Positions 52,674-62,952 of a stretch of 62,952 nucleotides of DNA are shown one piece after another. Each line of letters starts with the position of its first letter. The first letter of the stretch is position 1. A model generated the notes under the pieces. It ran no database searches and was not told the DNA's origin. It saw nothing but the letters and a program-made list of their open reading frames with translations. The stretch is taken from the NCBI RefSeq assembly GCF_001194135.2, contig NC_069000.1:5452970-5515921 (forward strand), written 5' to 3'. The position numbers were made by a program, and so were the translations under genes. The DNA comes from Octopus bimaculoides. Lineage: Eukaryota.

Positions 52674-52734
52674 GTTTCTTTATCGACCCCATTCTTTTTA
52701 TCATCATCATCATCATTATCATCATCATCATCAA

Positions 52735-52885
52735 TTAGATCGACCCCAGTACGCAATTGGTACTTAATTTATCGATCCCGAAAGGAAGAAAGGCAAAGTC
52801 TTCCTAGGCGAAATTTGAACTCAGAACGTAAAGACAGACGAAATACCGCTCATCATTTCGCCCGGCGTGCTAACGTCTCTGCCAG
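52735..52885 (-). mobile_element. SINE family B
   Basis: GATCGACCCCAGTACGCAATTGGTACTTAATTTATCGATCCCGAAAGG...TTTCGCCCGGCGTGCTAACG. Confidence 0.88.
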
Positions 52886-53543
52886 ATCGATTTGTATGCC
52901 TGATGATACGGAGCCTGGAAGAAAGCTTTTTATCTAACTATGTATCCATCTCTCTGTGTCCGTATCTATATATCTGTCTATCGCACATACACACACACAA
53001 ATACGGCATCGATTGATCTGCTTGTTTATCACCCCGCAGAATTATGTAATATCAATGTATCCGAAACGTTTGTAAGCTGATTAAATATATACCAACGTCA
53101 GAGAAAAAGATCCTTGGTGAGTCCATAATCTCCGGCCTTTGTGCTTTTTCATTATACCTTGAGACCTTAAACTGAATTTCCTCTGCGTATTAACTATAGA
53201 TTCACAAATGCAGTGACCTTCACTGGACAATTTAGTTAGCCAAGTTTGAGCCTTATAGAATGCTTGTAAAGTATTGCCTGAATTTTTAATACTGTTCTCA
53301 ATTATCTATATAAACATACACACACACATGCACAAACACGTAAATATATAGCCTTCATGTATGGTTATAGTTGAATGTATGCATGGATGCATAGATGCAT
53401 GTTATTTCGTGTTTCGTGCGATGTTTTCAACCTCTTGTGAAACCAGATGTGATATCAACGAATAAAATGTATGCCGGAAATAGTCGTAGACAACATGTAT
53501 TTCTTTAGCAGATTTGTATGTAAGCAGAGGTACTATACATACA

Positions 53544-53603
<60 letters not shown>

Positions 53604-53979
53604 NNNNNNNNNNNNNNNNNNNNNNNNNNNNNNNNNNNNNNNNNNNNNNNNNNNNNNNNNNNNNNNNNNNNNNNNNNNNNNNNNNNNNNNNNNNNNNNNN
53701 NNNNNNNNNNNNNNNNNNNNNNNNNNNNNNNNNNNNNNNNNNNNNNNNNNNNNNNNNNNNNNNNNNNNNNNNNNNNNNNNNNNNNNNNNNNNNNNNNNNN
53801 NNNNNNNNNNNNNNNNNNNNNNNNNNNNNNNNNNNNNNNNNNNNNNNNNNNNNNNNNNNNNNNNNNNNNNNNNNNNNNNNNNNNNNNNNNNNNNNNNNNN
53901 NNNNNNNNNNNNNNNNNNNNNNNNNNNNNNNNNNNAAAAGAATATAGAAAAAGTATTGTAACAAGAAGATAAAAGATAG

Positions 53980-54027
<48 letters not shown>

Positions 54028-54473
54028 GCACACATTTATACATACCTAGACCCACCTTAAAAACAGCTACCCAGATATATATACATACATAGACTATGCA
54101 TAAATACACCTGCATACATATATATATATATATACGTGTGTGCTTGTACGTGTGTGTGTATAGGCCTCTGTGTGTGTGTGTATGTGTGTGTGTGTGTTCA
54201 TACATCAATCTCTACTGCGAACACTGAAGCAAAAATAATCCGGTTGCCAAAGAAAATCAATAATGTTCAACGTGTTCGATTAATATTATCATGAAGACGT
54301 CTTCTATTCTATTCTAGCTGCGTTTGGTTCCTCTTCTATCTCCAAATCATTCCAAACCATTCCAACAAGGACCAATAAATATTTCACCTTGTAACAACTG
54401 GAGCTTTGCCAACTTTCAAATAACACACACGCCCTCAAGTAAAGCAAATACACAGAAGACGGACTGAAGGTGC

Positions 54474-54530
<57 letters not shown>

Positions 54531-55115
54531 TATATANNNNNNNNNNNNNNNNNNNNNNNNNNNNNNNNNNNNNNNNNNNNNNNNNNNNNNNNNNNNNNNN
54601 NNNNNNNNNNNNNNNNNNNNNNNNNNNNNNNNNNNNNNNNNNNNNNNNNNNNNNNNNNNNNNNNNNNNNNNNNNNNNNNNNNNNNNNNNNNNNNNNNNNN
54701 NNNNNNNNNNNNNNNNNNNNNNNNNNNNNNNNNNNNNNNNNNNNNNNNNNNNNNNNNNNNNNNNNNNNNNNNNNNNNNNNNNNNNNNNNNNNNNNNNNNN
54801 NNNNNNNNNNNNNNNNNNNNNNNNNNNNNNNNNNNNNNNNNNNNNNNNNNNNNNNNNNNNNNNNNNNNNNNNNNNNNNNNNNNNNNNNNNNNNNNNNNNN
54901 NNNNNNNNNNNNNNNNNNNNNNNNNNNNNNNNNNNNNNNNNNNNNNNNNNNNNNNNNNNNNGTCCGGACGTCTGTCTGTGTGGAAATGTATTGCAGCTTG
55001 GAATTATTTTGTTTCGCTTTAGTGTTTTGGTGAGCGGGGTGTATTTCGAGACTTGGAAGAAATAATGTCGTATTCCATATGAAGATGGTGATGATAATGA
55101 TGACGACGACGACGA

Positions 55116-55158
<43 letters not shown>

Positions 55159-55175
55159 AATGATGATGATGATGG

Positions 55176-55206
<31 letters not shown>

Positions 55207-55803
55207 GACGATAGTCTTACCTAATCCAAGAAAAACAGTTCTGCAAATTCTTGCTGAACAACCTTTACAAACGATTTGTTTACTCGTCGTTTGAAGAGGT
55301 GCTCACTGTACCATGCACCAGATGGCGAAATGGTCACGGAAGAACGCAAGAGGAACTGTTCTGCTCAACAACACAACACACTGACCAGTTCAGGAATTGA
55401 AAATGCGATCTCGCGATCATGAACGCAACATGCTAACCACTAAGCTCTCTCTTAATATTCTCTTAATACTCATAACCTCTCATAACCTTTCTTAGAAATA
55501 AACATACCCCCCACACAATTCTGTTCCCCGTCCATGATTCTCTCTCATACACAAATCTACTGCACACAGGCACAAGCATACCGATACGCAAACACAGATA
55601 AATCTTTTTCAAACACGCTTCATTATTTTTCGTTCCACGTCTATCCTTTTTGTTTTATTCTCAGCATATTTCCGCTGCAAAACGCCAACAGATTTTATTT
55701 GTTTATTACTCCCTTCTTGTCAACCATTAAAGCATGTTTGATCCAGCTAATCCTCTTTTCCTTTCTTACTTTCTTTCTTTCTTTCATTTTCCCTGTTCCT
55801 TCT

Positions 55804-55842
55804 ACTATCTTGACGAAGGAATATTATCTGAAACGTCATCGT
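55804..55842 (+). ncRNA. Variant/decayed hammerhead-like motif
   Basis: ACTAT-CTTGACGA-AGG-AATATTA-TCT-GAAA-CG-TC-ATCGT: ACGU stem III and GUC site present, an extra U in the core, stem I with one mismatch. Confidence 0.35.
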
Positions 55843-56169
55843 TTTCCTTCCGACTCAGCCTTAATTACATTGATTTTTACTTTTACGTGCTATTTTACGT
55901 TTGGTTTTTTATCTTAAGCTTGTTTTAGCTAAATATTAATTGATCAACTGCATATTAATTACTTCCGCCAATATATAATCAATACAAATTAAACTCGGAT
56001 TTCTCATTCTATTATCTCACATCATTAAGCCTCTATGTAATCCCTCAAACACCAAAATATCAGCAAAATATCAGCAAAATCTCTTCATATTTTATTTAAT
56101 CGTCTTAAAAAAAAAAAACGGAGGACATCTTTGTATAATGGGGTCAACACTTTGTATTCCTTTCTGTAG

Positions 56170-56331
56170 AAACAGCGACAGAGCCTGAGCAAAATCAATG
56201 CAACCCTTTCTCAAAGTCAAAATAAAACCGTATCAGAGCTATCTAGAAAGGAACAATCGTCCAATACGGCACGGAATGGAAATGGAGAGGAAGAATTCCA
56301 AAGGCATATCTCAAAGAAAAAGACACGATAG
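56170..56331 (+). CDS. Candidate terminal coding exon, product unknown
   Basis: Strong acceptor TTTGTATTCCTTTCTGTAG| followed by 53 non-repetitive sense codons (KQRQSLSKINATLSQSQNKTVSELSRKEQSSNTARNGNGEEEFQRHISKKKTR*). No homolog recognised and no upstream exon found. Confidence 0.22.
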   Translation, partial: KQRQSLSKINATLSQSQNKTVSELSRKEQSSNTARNGNGEEEFQRHISKKKTR

Positions 56332-56937
56332 CCACGTGTGGAACGCCTGTGAACAAATATCTGCTCGACGAAAACAACAGCAACAGCAACATCAACTAAT
56401 ATGTATTCCATTTAACTTTGAAGGTTATCTTTGAAGGTGTCTTTCGTTTTAACGCCAACAATGGATGGCAGACAACGATTCGATGTATCGGCCAAGCTCT
56501 TCTCATTCTTTCTGGTTTGTTATATTCATTGACAGCTCTTTGACAACTTAGTCGCTTCTAGTATCAACGATTCTATCAGGAAAGACTAAAAATAGTTTTA
56601 ATGTTCTTCTTCTGTGAGGACCGTCGATGTCAGAATTTTAATGACATCAGCTATTTATACAAAATTCAAATTACGCAGAATTTCGAGAAAAGACTGAGAG
56701 AGAAAGAGAGAGAGAGAGATAGAGTGAAGTATTGTGTGTGGAAGCGAGATGGATGTGTGCGAGAGTGAAGGTGTATGTGAGTGTCTATGGATGCTAGAGA
56801 GAGAGAGGAAGACAGAGGTTGAGAATGAATAGGGAGACATAGACTAAAAGAGAGAGGGGGAAGAATTTCGAGAAAGAATAAGAGAGAGAGGTAGAAATGG
56901 AAATAGAGGGTTTAAGCAGAAAGTATTGTGTGTGTGT

Positions 56938-57010
<73 letters not shown>

Positions 57011-57139
57011 TCAGAGCAAGAAGAATTTCGAGAAAGATTAAGAAAGAGAGAAAGGGAGAGGAAGAGAGAGGGTTTAAACAGAAAATATTGTGTGAGAGAG
57101 ATGTGTGTGAGAGTATATGTTCATATATATATGTGTGTG

Positions 57140-57192
<53 letters not shown>

Positions 57193-57433
57193 ATGTGTGT
57201 GTAAGTTATTAAGAGAGAAAGGGAACGAAAAGAGAGAGCAGAGACTAAAAGAGGGCAAGTGGAAGATGGTAAATTTTGATATGAAATGATGGCAAGCAAT
57301 ATAAATCAGATGTAATCTATTAATGTAAGGCCGAGAAGGATAAGAGACGCACCAACACATACATAAATATACGCATAAGCATACACATACATGGATACTG
57401 AAATAGTCATATACCACGTCGCATCTACATACA

Positions 57434-57464
<31 letters not shown>

Positions 57465-57615
57465 GCGCGCGCACTGAAATGCCTTCACTTAATAAAATCG
57501 CATATACATTCAAACATCTCACAAACAAACACACACATAAGTAAATATATGCCTCCATACATTTATCTTCACGACACGCGTACACACAAACGTCTTCACT
57601 GAAACCAAGAACATA

Positions 57616-57860
57616 GGCACGGGAGTGACTGTGTGGTAAATAGCTTGCTTACCAACCACATGGTCCGGGGTTCAGTCCCACGGCGTGGCACCTTGGGCAA
57701 GTGTCTTCTACTATAGCCTCTGGGCCGACCAAAGCTTTGTGAGTGGATTTGGTAGACGGAAACTGAAAAAAGCTCATCGGATATGTGTGTGTGTGGGCGC
57801 GTTTGTTTGTGTGTCTGTGTTTGTCCTCCCACCATCGCTTGACAACTGATGCTGGTCTTT
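57616..57860 (+). mobile_element. SINE family A (head + internal TG + start of tail)
   Basis: GACTGTGTGGTAAATAGCTTGCTTACCAACCACATGGTCCGGGGTTCAGTCCC..CCTTGGGCAAGTGTCTTCTACTATAGCC...CATCGCTTGACAACTGATGCTGG. Confidence 0.88.
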
Positions 57861-59074
57861 TAGAATACAGGTATAACATATTTTTGTCAGATGGGTGTAC
57901 GGGAGCAACAAGAAATAAAATATCTTGCTCCAGGGACACAACGTACCGCGAGGAATCGAACTCACAACCTCAGGATCGGGAGCCGAATATTCTAACCACT
58001 AAGCCAGGCGCCTTCAAACAGATTACACTTCGGAATTTATTATTCTGTACACCCTTCTGTTTTGCAATTGTATTTCGTGCTTTAAAGGTGGCTTAGATAA
58101 TATTTTCTAGGAAGTGAGGTTCATTGTTCTCAAAGGAATTATTTTGCTCTGACAGTGTGTTATAATGCAAGGCCCTGCCATCTCTAATGTCGAAGTCACA
58201 TAAGATATGCAATCGATGAGGTGTGACACAAATATTTCTCTCTCCCACATTTATATTTTTAAGGTGCACAGTGTCACCGCCTGGCTAGGCACTACACTGA
58301 CCAGCAAAAAAATACACTGAGGGATCATATAGGCCCTGTGTGGCCTTCCTGAAAACATTTCATTCGTTCTTACTACCCAGTCTATTTATGAACGACCGCT
58401 GATTTTAGTGGTCGTCATTTTGAATAACGATTATAGAATCTCTTTCGTTTGTAAGGCTATGGAATGACAGTCGGAAAAGCAACAAAAGCTCATAGAAAGG
58501 CTTCACTTTAATATATCAATCGAAGGAATTATATGCTGTTCCCTTTGCTAAAATATGGTGAAATCTACGTACATATGGTGTGTATTGATTTCTTGTATTG
58601 GCACAAAGCTAAAACAGGTTTAGGGGATGGTATTTAATCAAATTGAATTAAGCTTGAACATTTAGCTTATCGAGCCTAGAGGGTTGATTCTAAGTCAAAG
58701 GTAAACCGTAGCAGCTAATGAAGTTATACAGTATTTAATACAGAGTCCAACAAAAACGATGCCAGTTAATTCCGTCTGGCATCGTAGTTTCATTATTTTA
58801 TCGGTTTAAATTCTGCAAATTTCAATACACATATGTGTGCATACACTATGTGTCTATATAACGCTATACACACGCATACTTATGCACACACACACACACA
58901 CACACACATATTTGCGTGTGCGTGTGTCTGTGTGTGTGTCTGTGTGTTGTGCTTGTGCGTGTTTGATTGTATGCGTTTGTGCGTTTGCGCGCGTGTATGT
59001 GTCACTATATTGATCAGCCTCGGATCTTGCTACACACCGATGGCTAGGCAAGCAGGCCAATAGCAAATATAGAC

Positions 59075-59152
<78 letters not shown>
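59075..59152. repeat. (GATA)n microsatellite
   Basis: Perfect array. Confidence 0.95.
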
Positions 59153-60044
59153 GCAGACTGACACACGGACGGACGGAAACTAGTTCTTTATATCGATAGC
59201 AGGCTGGGCAAGATGCTTAGCGACACTTCATCCGTCATCACGTTCACAGATACACCAGCATACTTTTTGTCTGTTATAAAGTGAAACATCAAATTATGAA
59301 ATAGCTCGGAATCTTTAATGAATGGGAGTGGTACAAAACATTTAAAATTCGTTTAAAATCCCGCTGAGCCAACCCTGAAACCAAAGTTCTAAGTTGTACT
59401 CAAAACACTTAAATTCATTAAAACACTTTTAGAAATAATTTCTAATTCATTTTGCCCCCACCCGCTTCTCTGCTATAATTCCAGAGTCTCTTTTTTTTCT
59501 CTGCGACCGGGTGAACGACGCTATTACAGAAGCGATAAGCCCAAGGCAAGCTGTATCATTAGCCATAATCATCCAACGTTTTGCACATTATTGATAGAAA
59601 TGATCAACTGGGGCAAAATGTTATCTCGTTTTCCTCCCCCAAAAATGCAAGACTTTTATAATTAATCAGTAAAATCTTGCCCTGCAGGCCTCAACAAGCG
59701 CCACTCCCCAATTTTAATTCCACCCTTTCTACCTTTATTTCACTACAAATATTGATGCATTAATGTTAACATTGAACATTAAGATATCTCTGGACCAATC
59801 TTAGACAATATGTGGAGGTCACAAGCACAAACCCTTTCTCTCGAAAACAGACATAAATAAATTTAATTTACTAGATTATTTAAAAACAAAAATGAGTCAA
59901 TGATAATCGATATATAGGGTCAACGAACGAGTATCTTGGTCTTTACTCATCCTGCTAGAAATACCTACCAAATCACTCTCAAATAGTTTCTTACTATAAT
60001 CATACGAGAAGAGACAGAGCAAATATATCAGTTTCAAACTTTAG

Positions 60045-60245
60045 CACAACTCCAGCAGTTTTAGGGGTGGAGTAAGTTGATTATATCTACCGTAGTATTC
60101 AACTGGTATTTATTTTATAGACCCCTGAAAGGATGAAAGGCAAAGTCGACCTAGGTGGAAATTTGAACTCAGAAAATCAAGACGGACGATACTCCGACAA
60201 GCATTTCGTCCGGCGTGCTTACGACTCTGCCAGCTCACCGCCTTC
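60045..60245 (-). mobile_element. SINE family B
   Basis: GAAAGGATGAAAGGCAAAGTCGACCTAGGTGGAAATTTGAACTCAG...TCTGCCAGCTCACCGCC. Confidence 0.85.
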
Positions 60246-60932
60246 GACAGATCACATATATTGCAATGAGGTTAAGCAATGGAGAATAACAGCTCGGCTA
60301 ATGTAATCCTCGATGCACTATGATTGAAACGAAGCAAACAGAACAGGCAAGGATGGAAACACCTTTGATCATTCTACTCTTCATGCCTGACCACATCTAA
60401 ACAAATACTACAAAGAAGCACACATTGTGTAACGCTGTCCTAGATACATTATGCCTGAAAAAGAACATGACAGATATGTCCATGTGTAAGGCATTCTATT
60501 ACAGATCAGATGAGGTCAATCATAGCCGACCTCGAGGTAAACAAATAATAAGCAAGAAGGCTGCGTTAGATATTGTTGCATAAAATATTAACGCGACAGT
60601 GTAAAATGGTAGAACAACATTTGATCACAAATCTATTCAAAGTCGGATAACCTGCAGCCACTAGAACAACATGAATAACGGTAGCAGCCATTGTATGTGG
60701 AATAGTTTGTGTAAGATTTAATTGGCTCAGCTCACGTTACCATTCTTCCTACCAATCTGCTTCTATCAAGTGTCACAAGATAACTACTGAATCCAATTCC
60801 ACAATGACTTCTATATTCTATAGGCATACAAGCCTATTGTAATTCCTTCGTTGAACAAGCTAATATAATATATATAATATATTAAAATACACACACACAC
60901 AGACAAACACACACTCACACACACACACAAAC

Positions 60933-60964
<32 letters not shown>

Positions 60965-61129
60965 GTTTAGGTGCAATTACATACGCATACATACATATAT
61001 ATATATATGTGTGTGTGTGTATGTGTGCATCTATGTAAATATATAATTATATGCGTATATATTTACACGCGTGTGAATGTATATACACATATATGTGTAC
61101 ACACACGCACATAAACATATATATCATTT

Positions 61130-61169
<40 letters not shown>

Positions 61170-61199
61170 AACGCACATATATATACACTATATATTTAA

Positions 61200-61475
<276 letters not shown>

Positions 61476-61519
61476 TAATAAATGATTGTATGGGATTTGG
61501 AAATATGATATGATAGCAT

Positions 61520-61650
61520 TGTCAAAGAAAGCAATGTAATTTTGATAAAGTGTCAAGCAGAATGAAGGGAGACAAGCGATATGGTACGGGCTTTCAATGC
61601 GGAAAATGTTTGGTCGTCGCTTTTGTTATGACAGGAATCAGTGTGTCCCA
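61520..61650 (+). mobile_element. Possible piggyBac C-terminal cysteine-rich domain remnant
   Basis: KGDKRYGTGFQCGKCLVV/(fs)FCYDRNQC loosely fits R..T.F.C.KC.V.LC....CF. Confidence 0.25.
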
Positions 61651-61791
61651 CTTGATTAGTAATAAACACCTGCATTCGATATATGTGTGTATGGGTATAT
61701 ATATATATACATATATTCCTATCTGTCTATCTATCTATCTAACTATCTATATAAAGCGGTGATGTACTATTTGACCAATGTATTTTATATA

Positions 61792-62047
61792 TTGGGTTGG
61801 TGCATAATTATTGCGGCTTTTTTTTTTTTCGACAAATTATATTCGACAAAAATAATAACAACATGTAACAAAATCATCTTTAAATGATTATTCCGGAGCA
61901 TATTCACCATCTACTTCAATTACTGTTTCCCATTTGCTTGGCAGACCGTCAGACCATCATTTAAAGATGTCTTTGTTGAATACTATTATTGTTTTTGTTG
62001 AATAAAATCTGTTGAAAAAAAGCCGTAATAATTATGCACCAACCCAA
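61792..62047 (-). mobile_element. Internally deleted mariner (MITE), 256 bp, with TA target-site duplication
   Basis: TA|TTGGGTTGGTGCATAATTATTGCGGC ... GCCGTAATAATTATGCACCAACCCAA|TA, TIRs similar to Hsmar1/MADE1-type ends. The interior minus strand encodes LPSKWETVIEVDGEYAPE*, a mariner transposase C-terminus. Confidence 0.92.
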
Positions 62048-62503
62048 TAAAATATTTGAAACATCAAATGGTTAGAGGGCACATTCGGAAGAAATAGGAT
62101 TCAAAGGAGTCCGTAGATTTTTAAAAAATGGTGGAAACCACTGCGTTAAGATAAAATCTGTCTGTGTTAGTATATATGAGTATTTGTCTTATATTATATA
62201 TGCAAACATCTGTTCTGTTTTTATACTCAGGTGATATTAGAAATCAATGTCCAGAGATGATTGAATGAAATGTTTGACGATATTACCACAAATGACTTCA
62301 CTAAATATATCTACAATAAAACATAATGAATATTCTCCATTTAAGCGGAAGCGATGTAGTATTAGTTATATTAAGTAGCTTCAAACTTACTTTGGTTATT
62401 AATATCACACACACACATACACAGAGATACACACACACATATAGCTACATACATACATATCTTTATACTTATTACGTTTGCCTACAGGCAAAATACGTAT
62501 AAG

Positions 62504-62562
<59 letters not shown>

Positions 62563-62800
62563 CGTGGTTATGTATGTACGTAAGAGTGGCTTTCTGGATG
62601 TTTGTATGTATGTATGATGTATGTATGTGTATCTGTGTGTACTTACGTATGTAATGTACTTTTGTATAGAGGTTAGGTGCTCCAAACGAAAAATAGAACT
62701 CAAAACATTTGTGTGTGTGTGTATACATATACGTGTGTGTATGTGTGTGTGCGTGTGTATACACATGCATATGTGTATATACATATATATATTTATATAC

Positions 62801-62854
<54 letters not shown>

Positions 62855-62952
62855 GTCTGTATGTATGCATATGTATGGATATATAGATAGATACATTTCT
62901 TTTATTAGCCACACAGGGCTCAACGAAGATGGGACAAATACAATGTAGAGCT

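Noticed and set aside
52900-52930. CTGATGA...GAAA
   Set aside because: No stem II pairing and no NUH/stem I.

Overview
This is eukaryotic, AT-rich, intron/intergenic-type DNA from a gapped short-read scaffold: 19 N-runs totalling about 6.5 kb, most flanked by microsatellite. The extreme density of (TA)n/(CA)n/(TACA)n/(TAA)n/(CAT)n repeats and the recurring tRNA-derived SINE families suggest a cephalopod (Octopus-like) genome; this is inference, not a database result. I recognise no conserved host protein-coding gene, and almost every ORF in the supplied track is a microsatellite or gap artefact. The supportable content is transposon debris: two abundant SINE families; decayed RTE, CR1-type and RLE (R4/Dong-like) LINE fragments; a Tc1/mariner transposase remnant; mariner/pogo MITEs; and a Helitron Rep fragment. 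The most notable signal is about eight minimal type-I hammerhead-ribozyme motifs (CUGANGA-stemII-GAAAC-palindromic stemIII-NUH) of the kind carried by Penelope-like elements. These include an inverted sense/antisense pair and a compensatory base-pair change between copies. The ribozyme class is known; its local diversity here, with no recognisable Penelope ORF, is what merits follow-up. One weak candidate terminal coding exon (56170-56331) is noted.
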